A program made the position numbers and the translations under genes. The notes below the pieces were generated by a model. The model was not told the origin of the DNA. It searched no databases and saw nothing but the letters and a program-made list of their open reading frames with translations. From NCBI GenBank assembly GCA_004558525.1, contig SFCQ01000004.1, positions 15,345 to 79,344 of the forward strand: a stretch of 64,000 bases of DNA, written 5' to 3'. The stretch is from Clostridiales bacterium (GTDB lineage: Bacteria; Bacillota; Clostridia; Christensenellales; CAG-138). Position 1 is the first letter of the stretch; each line of letters opens with the position of its first letter. Shown piece after piece: positions 48,243 through 57,699 of this stretch.

Positions 48243-49670
48243 CTATGCCTCAATAAACTCCGCCGTAACGGTGAAGCTCGGCGTTGTTGCTATGCGTATA
48301 GTGCCGCCCAGGGCTTCCGCCCTTCTGCGCATGCCGGTTATGCCGCCGCCTTCTATTATGTATTCGCTGCCCTCGCCATTATCGCTGACAGTAAGCCGCC
48401 AGCCGTTCGGGATATGCGCGCACTTTGCCTTAACGCTGCTTGCGAAGCCGTGCCTTACAGCATTGGTAACACACTCGCGCAATATGGCGTTCATGCAGGC
48501 CGCAATTTTTCTGTTTTCGCACACGCTTCCGCTGAATTCCACCTCCACCCCTATTTGGCTGAACATCTCCTTTAATGAAGCGAGCGCGCTTTCAGGATCC
48601 CTTGCATCGTCCGCCGGCAGCTCGTCAAGCTCGCTTATAAGCGAGCATATATCCTTTTCAAGCAGCTCCATATCAAGCGCCTTTCCTTCCCTTATCGCTT
48701 TGTCGAGCATGGTCACCCTTTGCCCAAGCACATCGTGTACCTTGGCCTTCTGGCTTTGCAGCTCAAGCCCGCGGCGTATCTCCTCTATATTGATAAGCAT
48801 TTTTATAAGATGCCGCTTCTGGGCGCTCAGGGCCCTCCTTTCGCTTTCAAGCGCTTCTGCAAGACGCCACTGCTCCGTTATATCAGGGGCGTAAAGCTCT
48901 ATATACTGCTTTGAGCCTATCGTGATAAAGCTATGCTCAAGCTGCCATACATGCCCATCCGGCGTTTTCACGGCCAGCGTATCGCCAATATCAAAGCTTT
49001 CAACATTGTCAGGGAAGCAATCCGGTATAGAGCTTAGTATGTCTACCGCGCTTTTGGTGCGCTCAAGCGAAAGCTGGGACACGAGCTTTTGCATGGTCCT
49101 GTTCATAAGCAGAATATAGCCGGACCTGTCCGCAAAAAGCATGGCTGTCGGCAGGCTGTCTATGGCTTCTTTTATCGATAAGCCCGAAAGCCCCTCCTTA
49201 AGCTCATGCGATATGAACACAAGCACGCATATCGCCCTTGCAAGCGTAACGGCAGCATTGGCCATGAACACATACGCAAACGCAGCGCCGAGCAGCTTTT
49301 CCATAATGGGGAGTATAAGCACGCTGAAGGTTATATACGCTATGTCCCACAGCTTGTTATGCCAAACGTATGAAAATACGGAGCATATGTTTATCATAAG
49401 GCAAAGCGCGTATCTTAAAAATATGAACCTTTCTCCTGCGGCCGCCATGCTTGAATTCAAATTAAATTCAACATTGCCCATCAGCAGTACGCATATAGCG
49501 GTTTGCAGCGATATCGCGGCCTCAAGAAGCTGCCTTGGCAAAAGCCTTTTTTCAAAGCTCCTTCTATAAAACGAAAGCACGCATACAAGTACCTGCACCG
49601 CAAGCGCCGCAAGCAGCACGAACTGCACCGTCAGCCTTAGCCATGTCGGGAAAAAGCTAAACTCTATCAT
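48243..49670 (-). CDS. Membrane sensor histidine kinase (HisKA_3 type)
   Basis: ATG at 49670 preferred because GGGAGGGG lies 8 nt upstream. About 5 TM segments. H-box KVHDVLGQ, N-box ECVTNAVRH, and G-boxes DNGEG and GGGITGM. Confidence 0.85.
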   Translation of the reverse strand: MIEFSFFPTWLRLTVQFVLLAALAVQVLVCVLSFYRRSFEKRLLPRQLLEAAISLQTAICVLLMGNVEFNLNSSMAAAGERFIFLRYALCLMINICSVFSYVWHNKLWDIAYITFSVLILPIMEKLLGAAFAYVFMANAAVTLARAICVLVFISHELKEGLSGLSIKEAIDSLPTAMLFADRSGYILLMNRTMQKLVSQLSLERTKSAVDILSSIPDCFPDNVESFDIGDTLAVKTPDGHVWQLEHSFITIGSKQYIELYAPDITEQWRLAEALESERRALSAQKRHLIKMLINIEEIRRGLELQSQKAKVHDVLGQRVTMLDKAIREGKALDMELLEKDICSLISELDELPADDARDPESALASLKEMFSQIGVEVEFSGSVCENRKIAACMNAILRECVTNAVRHGFASSVKAKCAHIPNGWRLTVSDNGEGSEYIIEGGGITGMRRRAEALGGTIRIATTPSFTVTAEFIEA

Positions 49671-52092
49671 CGTTTTGCCCCTCCCTGTCAGCATATGTAT
49701 TGTCTATGGTAAGGCTCGCCTCGTGCAAAAAACCGTCGTGCGCTATGGCAAGCCTGCCGCATTTAGGCTTTATGCTCAGCTCTATGCCGTCAAAGCTGCC
49801 CTCCGCCAGCAGGCGCATGACAAGCTTCGTATTATCGCCGTTATTAGATATGTTGCATATCAGCGCGCTCCAGCCGCGTTCAAGCGCAAAGCTCAGGCCG
49901 TAAAACATAAATTCATAAAAGCCTGCCGCCTCCTCAGGCGAAAGCCTGGCCCCAAGCGAGACCCTGACCGCCGCCTTCAATCCGCTTTTATCCGCGCAGG
50001 ATACAAGCTCCTCAAGATGCGCCTTAAGCTCGCCCGTGTCTATAAGCGAGGCCTGCTTTTGCTGGAACAGCATGTTGGAGCGCCTTTTGCAATAGCAAAG
50101 CAGCATATGCAGCCTTAAGGCCTCCTCTGCATCAAGCCCGTTACTGCCGGCTTTTTTAACTATGTCAAGCGCGTGCATAAGCTCCGTATGTATCGTGCTT
50201 TCAAGCTCGTCATGTATGCTTTGCCTGACCCTCAGCGCCTCCGCCCGTTCCCTGAGGTCGCGTTCGTTCTTAAGCAGGGCGTTGCCCCGCTCAAGCCTTT
50301 GCACTATTTCGCTCAGGCGCCTTTGCAGCTCGTGTACGGCGCTCATATCCTCCTGCCACACAACGGCGCCTCCGGCTATAGGCATGCCGGAAAGCTGTAT
50401 ATCCGGCGCGGTGTTTATAACAAACTGAGCGGTAAAATCCACGCTGCGCCTTACCTCGTCCTCAAGCGGCCTTGCGTTGGCGGAGGAAAGCATGGTATCT
50501 CCGGACGGGGTGACTATTTGCATATTCAGCACGGAATGTGAAAACAGGCCCGGATAATTTGAATTTACAGGGATAAGCCCCGTTCGCATCGCCGATTCCA
50601 TGAACAGAAGGAAGAACAGCACCGCCGTTATTGTAAAGTCGCCTTCCCAGGCAATGGGTATGCGCAGCGCATACATTATGCAATAGGCAAGCATCCATAC
50701 GCACAGCCCTACGGGAAAAAGCAGGGCTTTCCTCCTTGGCGTTTTGCCGCATTTTTTAATAAGCAGCATAAGCGTCAAAAATATGCACGCTGCATTTACC
50801 ATGCACACCGCAAAATAGCCTATGCCGTAGCTATAGTTGCCGGACCAACCCGGTTGGGACAGATCCATTCTGAACACCAGCATGTGCATATCGTTCGTCA
50901 GCACCAGCAAAAACGCAAGTATGTTCACTATAAGGCACACCTTCCACCACCTTGGCGCCGCGGCATGCCCCTCCGCGCCTATGGACACGGTCAGCCTTAG
51001 CATCGTCACCGGCAGGCCAAGCTGAAACAGATAAAACGAATACCAAAGATACCTGTTCAGCGCACCCGCAATCGGCAGCTGCCATTTTATCGTGCGCACC
51101 AGCAGCCAAAGCACCATTTCAGCGGCGGCTATGAATACTATCACGCGCATTTGCCTGTTCAAAAGCCTGCCTATCATCGTGCCTGCCCATGCCACAACAA
51201 CGGCTATCGCCGCCGTAGCCGCTATTATATGCTCCCTGCCGTCGGCAGTAGTAAACAGGTCTTTATGCTGCGCTTCCCTCTTGTAGCGCGCCCACGCGCT
51301 CTCCGTTGCGCCGAGCATTTTTGTATAGTCGTCAAGTTTTTTTGCCCTTGCATACTCGCTCTGCATAGGATAAAGCCTTCTGTCCGCCTCGCCCTCGTCC
51401 GTGCGCAGGCCGGACTGCTCCAGCAATATATCCATATGCACGGGCAGCTTAAGCTCTTTATTTGATAAAAGCCCTTTTGTGAAGCTGAGCGTGCCTTCCT
51501 CGGGTATTATTATTTCAAGCTTCCTTCCCGCTTTGATCTGGGCGGCAGCCTGATAGTCGAAGCATATCTGTATATCAGCGTCCGCATTCTGCGTGATGCG
51601 GCCGGATTGCTCAAGCTCCTCAAAAAGCTTCAGCGCCCCGTCCATATCAAAATCCTCGCCGCAAAGCGCGTAGCTCACGGCGGCAAAGCAGCAGTTGAAG
51701 GGCTCATTATATGAAAGCATTATGCTCCCGTCGCAGTTCAAAAGGCTTTTCCAGCCCCGTATATCCGCGCAGGTCTTATCCCTGTCAACAGCTATCACTA
51801 CCGTGACCGCATACTGCGGATACCAATACAGCTTCCTGCTGCTTTGCATAAGCGTTTCCGCCTGATAGTCAAATACCTCCACGGCTATGCTGCTGCCGAG
51901 GCGCTCCGCCTCATAGCCGCTTTCAACGGCCCGGATATCATATTGCGGCAAAGCCTTTGGCAGAATATTGAGATATGGCGAGCTGCCATCGCAAAACACG
52001 CTGTTTGAAGGCGAATATGAGCATGCGGTCATCAGCAGGGCCAGAAGCATCGTCATGTACGCCAAAAGCATTATCCAAAAGGACCGCTTCAT
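49657..52092 (-). CDS. Large lipoprotein-anchored sensor: extracytoplasmic domain, ~7 TM, HisKA_3-like helix and a degenerate ATPase-like tail
   Basis: Lipobox LLMTAC and a periplasmic domain of about 260 aa. A multi-TM block is followed by a coiled region with SIHDELES. The C-terminal ~150 aa lack recognisable N and G boxes. Confidence 0.65.
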   Translation of the reverse strand: MKRSFWIMLLAYMTMLLALLMTACSYSPSNSVFCDGSSPYLNILPKALPQYDIRAVESGYEAERLGSSIAVEVFDYQAETLMQSSRKLYWYPQYAVTVVIAVDRDKTCADIRGWKSLLNCDGSIMLSYNEPFNCCFAAVSYALCGEDFDMDGALKLFEELEQSGRITQNADADIQICFDYQAAAQIKAGRKLEIIIPEEGTLSFTKGLLSNKELKLPVHMDILLEQSGLRTDEGEADRRLYPMQSEYARAKKLDDYTKMLGATESAWARYKREAQHKDLFTTADGREHIIAATAAIAVVVAWAGTMIGRLLNRQMRVIVFIAAAEMVLWLLVRTIKWQLPIAGALNRYLWYSFYLFQLGLPVTMLRLTVSIGAEGHAAAPRWWKVCLIVNILAFLLVLTNDMHMLVFRMDLSQPGWSGNYSYGIGYFAVCMVNAACIFLTLMLLIKKCGKTPRRKALLFPVGLCVWMLAYCIMYALRIPIAWEGDFTITAVLFFLLFMESAMRTGLIPVNSNYPGLFSHSVLNMQIVTPSGDTMLSSANARPLEDEVRRSVDFTAQFVINTAPDIQLSGMPIAGGAVVWQEDMSAVHELQRRLSEIVQRLERGNALLKNERDLRERAEALRVRQSIHDELESTIHTELMHALDIVKKAGSNGLDAEEALRLHMLLCYCKRRSNMLFQQKQASLIDTGELKAHLEELVSCADKSGLKAAVRVSLGARLSPEEAAGFYEFMFYGLSFALERGWSALICNISNNGDNTKLVMRLLAEGSFDGIELSIKPKCGRLAIAHDGFLHEASLTIDNTYADREGQNDDRV

Positions 52093-52174
52093 ATCCGTTC
52101 CCCCTTTCTGGCATGGTTATAGCCACACAGCCTGTTTATTTATATTTTATCTGATTATTCCGCTTTTGCCAACA

Positions 52175-52200
52175 CAAAAGGCCGCTGCAAAGCAGCGGCC
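52175..52200 (-). terminator. Intrinsic terminator after the surface-protein gene
   Basis: Minus strand reads GGCCGCTGC-TTTG-CAGCGGCC followed by TTTT. Confidence 0.6.
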
Positions 52201-52228
52201 CATAATAACAGATTATCCAGCTATTTGC

Positions 52229-53305
52229 TTATTTTACCAAGCCCAGGAACTGCGCCACGGCGTACCACAGCGGCATGTCGCCAGTCTGCGGGGGAAGCGG
52301 CGCGGGCTGCACCGGCCGTACCGGAGCAGGGTAATACCCGCCGTTATAGTTGTAGGTATAGATGTTGGTAAAGCTGATGCCGTTGTAGTGGGTCTGGATT
52401 TCCCAGGGCTTATCGCCAGCCGTCAGGTTGTAGAATGTGCAATAGGTGCTTTGGTCATTGTTCATTCCCGGCACCACTTTCCATTCGGTAGCGTCGTATG
52501 CCCAGTAGGGCGCGCCATCGTTCCTTTCGGTGACATTGAAGCCCTCTGAGAGGTTGCCAAAGTTTTCCTTATCGATAGTAACGGTCATAACGGTTTCGTA
52601 ATGGCCCGCGCCGTTTGTCTTGATGGTATTGTTCTCGACTGTCACCTGCGGCGCGGCATCTTTCGCGCCAAAGTTGGACAGCACAAAGGTGAAGGTCTGC
52701 ATGCCAGGAGCGGTATTGCCGCCCTGCCTGACTTCCTTGTAGATTGGGATACTTATGGTCACAGTCTCGGGGTCGGACTCTGTCTTAGTATAGGTATTCT
52801 TAAGTATAAGCTCTCCATCTTTGGTAACTGTAATTATGTTGTTTTGCAGTTCTGCCAATACCGGTTCAGGAGAGGTTGATGGCAATGGGGTGTTCACCGG
52901 GAGAGCAGATGTTACAGGCTCCACAGACAATTCCCCCACAACGGGGACGAATGCCTGCATTTCATATGTATAGCCCTCTACATTCGCGCCGGATTCTTCG
53001 ATAGTATACTCTCCTTCGGGGATATCAGTCAGCTGGCCGCTGTATTTATTGTTATTCGCATCCCACGTCAGACTGGCGCTAACAGGGCTGCCATCGTCGT
53101 TCATCAGCTTCACCGTGATGGGAGAAGGCCTGTTTACATTGTCCGGCAAGCCCTCAACGGTCTTGGATACATCCAGCGTGTATGTCGTTTGCCCCGGCGC
53201 CTCGTCGGTACCGCTTGTGGCGGCAGTCGTTGCCGCTGCCGGAATAAATGCCAGCACCATAATAAGCGCCAGCATGATTGCAAATAGTTTCTTCATCTTC
53301 TTCAT
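52229..53305 (-). CDS. Surface protein with Cna-B/prealbumin-like modules and a PPQTG sorting-signal-like C-terminus
   Basis: Signal peptide MKKMKKLFAIMLALIMVLAFIPAAA. Ends ...LPPQTGDMPLWYAVAQFLGLVK. Confidence 0.6.
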   Translation of the reverse strand: MKKMKKLFAIMLALIMVLAFIPAAATTAATSGTDEAPGQTTYTLDVSKTVEGLPDNVNRPSPITVKLMNDDGSPVSASLTWDANNNKYSGQLTDIPEGEYTIEESGANVEGYTYEMQAFVPVVGELSVEPVTSALPVNTPLPSTSPEPVLAELQNNIITVTKDGELILKNTYTKTESDPETVTISIPIYKEVRQGGNTAPGMQTFTFVLSNFGAKDAAPQVTVENNTIKTNGAGHYETVMTVTIDKENFGNLSEGFNVTERNDGAPYWAYDATEWKVVPGMNNDQSTYCTFYNLTAGDKPWEIQTHYNGISFTNIYTYNYNGGYYPAPVRPVQPAPLPPQTGDMPLWYAVAQFLGLVK

Positions 53306-53538
53306 CTTCTTCCCCTTCTCCTTTTATTTTCTTTGATATAAAAATACCGATGCATTGATTATGCAACGGTATTCAAACGAATATACTTATTCTGTATGCG
53401 AAAGAAGCAAACGTTATGCCGCTTGCTTGCTTGCGAATTATAGGCTGAAATTCTTACGCCCATGTCAAGCCTTCCTTTGCATACAATACTGAGCTTTTAG
53501 ATTATATCATACTGCGCATCCTTTTGCACCTGTTTTTA

Positions 53539-53567
53539 ATTAACAGTAGTCTATGTTTACTGTTAAT
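53539..53567. promoter_or_regulatory. Perfect 10-bp-arm inverted repeat
   Basis: ATTAACAGTA-N9-TACTGTTAAT, about 235 nt upstream of the surface-protein start codon. Confidence 0.3.
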
Positions 53568-53582
53568 ATGCAGCGCCGTTCC

Positions 53583-53605
53583 AAAAAGGGCGGCTCAGCC
53601 GCCCC
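53583..53605 (-). terminator. Intrinsic terminator of the HdeD-like gene
   Basis: Minus strand reads GGGCGGC-TGA-GCCGCCC followed by TTTTT. Confidence 0.65.
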
Positions 53606-53621
53606 GTGTGCAGGTTGTTGT

Positions 53622-54158
53622 TCAGACCTCTGTAAGCATCTTCTTTGCAAATATTATGCTGATAAGGTTCATTATGCCGTCTACCAGCATGCAGCAGCCC
53701 ATTACCACGGTTGCAGTGGCTGCGCTCTCTATCGGGTTAAATACCATTATTATGCCGGCAATGAGCATCAAAAGGGAGAATATCATAACGGCTATGTACT
53801 TGCCCAGCTTGTAGCGCATCATATTGAAGGAAAGCTGAAGCCTGAGTATGCTGTCCGTTATTACGGCGACGCCCATCGCCACGCCGAACACCGCCACTAC
53901 GCCCTTTGCGCATATTATCATAAGCAGGCCTATCACGCCGCAGCTCGTGCCGAGCGCAAGACCCATTCCCGGAAAGGAGTAGCCAGGCGCGGCATTGAAG
54001 TAGCGTATTATGTGATATATGCCGTATATTATAAGCGCAGCGCCGAGTATATAGCATATTACCAGCCTTGAGCCGACAGGCCATATTATCTGGATAAGCC
54101 CAAGCAGAATATATACGAGAGAAATAGCCAACAGAGTGTTGCGAAAACCCTTGCTCAT
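53622..54158 (-). CDS. HdeD/DUF308-family membrane protein
   Basis: 178 aa with six TM helices and a repeated DUF308-like pattern. Confidence 0.75.
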   Translation of the reverse strand: MSKGFRNTLLAISLVYILLGLIQIIWPVGSRLVICYILGAALIIYGIYHIIRYFNAAPGYSFPGMGLALGTSCGVIGLLMIICAKGVVAVFGVAMGVAVITDSILRLQLSFNMMRYKLGKYIAVMIFSLLMLIAGIIMVFNPIESAATATVVMGCCMLVDGIMNLISIIFAKKMLTEV

Positions 54159-54375
54159 ACAGATTTACCTCCTGTTTTCCGTTTATTGTTACAGCTATAT
54201 TTTATCCAACATGGAGGCCGTATTCAATATGCAAAAGCGCGTATACGCAACAATTTCAATATTCTTCACATGATTTCACACAAATAACAAAAAGAAACGG
54301 ACAGCTTTATCATAAAACTGCCCGCCCCTTTTTAACACATTAGGAATAACGAATTTTTGCCGCAAGCTCAGGCTA

Positions 54376-54576
54376 TCAGTTGATGCCGTAACGCTTCTTG
54401 AAGCGGTCAACACGTCCGCCGGTATCTACCAGCTTCTGCCTGCCGGTATAGAACGGATGGCACTTGGAGCAAATTTCGACCTTGAGCTCGCCCTTGACGG
54501 AGCCGGTCTTAAAGGTCTCGCCACATGCGCAACGGACGACGCTTTCACCGTAAGAGGGATGGATATCCTTTTTCAT
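54376..54576 (-). CDS. rpmE: 50S ribosomal protein L31 (zinc-binding type A)
   Basis: [13 protein letters not shown]...[20 protein letters not shown]. Confidence 0.95.
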   Translation of the reverse strand: MKKDIHPSYGESVVRCACGETFKTGSVKGELKVEICSKCHPFYTGRQKLVDTGGRVDRFKKRYGIN

Positions 54577-54794
54577 CGTGCAACTCCTTACATAATTTTG
54601 CTGGGCGCAGCGCGATTAACCGCCCTGCTGCTGCATTCTGAGACCATACAGTCCCGAACAGACGATATTATACCCCTAAAATCACCCGAAAGCAAGGACT
54701 TTTTTGATAAATTTGCATTGACTTGACAAGTCCGGCCGCGTTGACCTATCATACATGCAAGCAATGCGCATATAAAACTGTAATGAGGTATTAT

Positions 54795-55487
54795 ATGGAA
54801 AACAAAAAGAAAATAATGGGCATGCTCGTGGCGGTGGAGATAGAGGCCGTGCTGCAGCGCTACGGCGAAAGGCTTGAGGACGTGAGCGAATCGGCCTACA
54901 GCATAAAAAGGCTTGAGGCTGACGATTACATAATGTACATACTCAAAAGCGGCGCGGGCGAGATAGCCGCCGCGGCAGGCACGCAGTTTCTGATAACGCG
55001 CTACTCCTGCGGATTCATACTTAACTTTGGCGTCGTGGGCGGGCTTACCGAGGAGATGAGCCTTGCAAAGACGTGCGTTATAGAAAGCGTTGTGCATTAC
55101 GACTTTGACACGTCAACAATAGACAGCTGCGAAAAGGCGCGCTATCTTGAGTATCCGAGCATATATATACCCGCGCCCGGGGAGCTTGTTGACATGGCGA
55201 TAAAGGCCGAGCCTGGATTAAAGCGGGTGATATGCGCCTCCGCCGACAAATTTGTTGACGAGCCCGACAAAAAGCGTGCGCTGCACCTTGAATACAACGC
55301 CGACATATGCGAGATGGAGGCCGCCGGTATACTTTTGACCTGCAACCGAAACGGCGTGCCATGCCTTATGATAAAGGCCGTAAGCGACGCGATAGAGGGC
55401 GGCTGCGAGGAATTTGCCGCGCAGGTAGACAGGTCCGCGGCCATTTGCCTCGATGCGGCGCACAGGATAATAGAAAGCATGAAGTGA
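54795..55487 (+). CDS. mtnN: PNP_UDP_1-family nucleosidase (5'-methylthioadenosine/S-adenosylhomocysteine nucleosidase-like)
   Basis: ATG at 54795. MGMLVAVEIE, GAGEIAAAAG, and ICEMEAAGI followed by IKAVSD. Confidence 0.65.
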   Translation: MENKKKIMGMLVAVEIEAVLQRYGERLEDVSESAYSIKRLEADDYIMYILKSGAGEIAAAAGTQFLITRYSCGFILNFGVVGGLTEEMSLAKTCVIESVVHYDFDTSTIDSCEKARYLEYPSIYIPAPGELVDMAIKAEPGLKRVICASADKFVDEPDKKRALHLEYNADICEMEAAGILLTCNRNGVPCLMIKAVSDAIEGGCEEFAAQVDRSAAICLDAAHRIIESMK

Positions 55488-55587
55488 GGGCCGTATCGCC
55501 GTTATTTATTAAAACAAGCAAAGCACCCAAACAACGGCTTTTGCGTGAAAGGGCATGCCGCCTATCGTTATAGTATGGCTATGGGCG

Positions 55588-55785
55588 AGAGTGTCAAAAA
55601 AGTGGCTATTCGCCACTTTTTCGAGTTTTACGGGTTTTGCCTCTCGCATTCGCTCCCGGGCGGCAAAACCCGAAAGGTATGAAAACCTAAAGGTTTTCAT
55701 CCGTTCTGACGTGCATGCCGTCAGAGCCGGAATTAGCTTAAGGGGCTGCCGCCCCTTAACAACCCCGGGGTTTTTCGACAGGCTG
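55588..55785 (+). mobile_element. MITE-like hairpin-rich repeat, copy B (198 bp), flanked by an 18-bp target duplication
   Basis: AGAGTGTCAAAAAA ... TTTTTCGACAGGCTG. ATAGTATGGCTATGGGCG occurs at 55570-55587 and again at 55786-55803. Confidence 0.85.
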
Positions 55786-56590
55786 ATAGTATGGCTATGG
55801 GCGTTATGCTTCTGTATTCCTTTTGGCCGGCTTTAAGGGAGGATATCACGCTTTGCACCTTAAAGGAAGACGCTATGGCGCTTTCGGTTATAACCTCATT
55901 TGCCGCGCCGAAGAGGCTGTTGCCCTCCTTATCCAAAAGCAGCGCCTTGTCCGCTATCCTCAGCGCATGGTCGGGATAATGCGTATTGAATATACAGGCC
56001 ATGCCGGCCGCCTTAAGCTCCTCAAGCGTGTTAAGTACTATAAGCTGGTTCCTGAAATCAAGGTTTGATTCAGGCTCGTCCAGTATGATGCACTCCGGCT
56101 CCGCCGCAAGCGCACGGCCTATAAGCGCCATCTGCAATTCGCCGCCGCTTATCTCGTCGCAGCGCCGGTGCTTAAGCTCGCTAAGGTTCAGCCTGGCCAT
56201 CACCTCGTCAACAGCCATGTAATCCTTGTCCGACGGCTTTGAAAAAACGCCTATGCGGCTGCTCCTGCCAAGCATCACCATGCTTGCGACGCTCATTCCC
56301 GTCGCCTTGCCCTTTGCCTGCGGCACATAGGCTATCTTGCGCCAAAGCCGCCTTTGCTCTATCAAGGCTATATCTTCGCCGTCTATCGTGCTGCTGCCGC
56401 CGCTCCAGCGCAAAAAGCCCATTATGCAGCGCAGAAGCGTCGTTTTGCCCGCGCCGTTCGGCCCGAGTATGGACAGTATCTCACCGCTGCTTATTGAAAA
56501 GCTTATATCGTTAAGTATTATCCTTGCGTTTTTGTCGTTCGGCTCATAGGAAAAGGACGCAGAGGCCACCTGAAGCTTCATGAGTTCCAC
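55733..56590 (-). CDS. Iron-chelate/cobalamin-type ABC transporter ATP-binding protein; last 17 codons derive from the inserted repeat
   Basis: GPNGAGKTT, ISGGELQM, IILDEP. The C-terminal SACRKTPGLLRGGSPLS is encoded by repeat copy B. Confidence 0.88.
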   Translation of the reverse strand: MELMKLQVASASFSYEPNDKNARIILNDISFSISSGEILSILGPNGAGKTTLLRCIMGFLRWSGGSSTIDGEDIALIEQRRLWRKIAYVPQAKGKATGMSVASMVMLGRSSRIGVFSKPSDKDYMAVDEVMARLNLSELKHRRCDEISGGELQMALIGRALAAEPECIILDEPESNLDFRNQLIVLNTLEELKAAGMACIFNTHYPDHALRIADKALLLDKEGNSLFGAANEVITESAIASSFKVQSVISSLKAGQKEYRSITPIAILSACRKTPGLLRGGSPLS

Positions 56591-57618
56591 CCCCTCGTCT
56601 GCCTGAGAAGATGGATAAAGAACGGCGCGCCGATTATCGCGGTAAGTATAGATATGGGAATTTCAGATGCGGTGACGCTCCTTGCGATGGTGTCTATCGC
56701 CGCCATAAAGGCTGCGCCTATGCATATCGACGCCGGAAGCAGCCTTGTGGTATCCGAGCCGAAGGCCATGCGGCACACATGCGGTATCAGCAGGCCTATC
56801 CACGCCACCTGGCCGCACATGGCTACCGAGGCTGCGGTCATCATAGTGGCGCACGCCGCGGCCGTAAGCCTGAGCAGGCCTATATTCACGCCGGTGGCCC
56901 TGGCCTCGTCCTCGCTTAGCGGCAATATATTGAGCCGCCATCTTATCAAAAACAACAGTATAATGCCGGTAAGCATAAACGGCGAAGCGAGCCTTAAGGA
57001 CTGCCAGCTTGCCGAGGACAGGCTGCCCATCAGCCAATACGTTATCGCAGGGAGCTGCGAATCCGTATCCGCAGTATATTTTACAAGCGATACCAGCGCC
57101 GAAAACAGCGACGCTATCACCATTCCGGAAAGCACGACCGTAGTCATATTGCCGGAGCCTCTTTTTCTGCTGACAAGGAAAGTAAGCCCTACCGCCAAAA
57201 AGCCGAACAGCAGCGCCATAAGCTGCACATAGAGCATATGCATGCCCATAAGCAGCCCGAGCGCCGCGCCGAGGCTTGCCCCGCTGGCCACGCCGAGCGT
57301 ATCCGGCGTTGCGAGCGGATTTGCAAAAAGGCTTTGGAAGGCCACGCCTGCCGCGCTGAGCCCGCCGCCCACCATTAAAGCGAGCAGCACCCTTGGCAGG
57401 CGCATGGACCAGACTATTTTTGAATATTGCTCGGTTGTTGACTGCGACCCCGTAAGCAGTGCGCTGAGGTTGCTGAATATGCTCTCCGCCGCCTGCTTGG
57501 GCGTTAGGGAATACCTGCCGATGCATATGCAAACAAGCCCCGCCGCTAACGGCAGCAGCACGAGCAATATGGACGCAGCCGCGGAAAAGCCCGCTCTGTT
57601 GTGTTTTTGTTGAATCAT
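56578..57618 (-). CDS. FecCD-family iron-chelate ABC permease
   Basis: 346 aa, polytopic. MRLPRVLLALMVGGGLSAAGV, GPIGFVGL-like region, GAPFFIHLL. Confidence 0.9.
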   Translation of the reverse strand: MIQQKHNRAGFSAAASILLVLLPLAAGLVCICIGRYSLTPKQAAESIFSNLSALLTGSQSTTEQYSKIVWSMRLPRVLLALMVGGGLSAAGVAFQSLFANPLATPDTLGVASGASLGAALGLLMGMHMLYVQLMALLFGFLAVGLTFLVSRKRGSGNMTTVVLSGMVIASLFSALVSLVKYTADTDSQLPAITYWLMGSLSSASWQSLRLASPFMLTGIILLFLIRWRLNILPLSEDEARATGVNIGLLRLTAAACATMMTAASVAMCGQVAWIGLLIPHVCRMAFGSDTTRLLPASICIGAAFMAAIDTIARSVTASEIPISILTAIIGAPFFIHLLRQTRGWNS

Positions 57619-57699
57619 CGGCGCTCCTTTATCGTGCTTGCCGCAGCCGGCGCGCCGGCCGCGGCAAGCATGCTCAGCAAATAATGGTTTTTATAAAGC

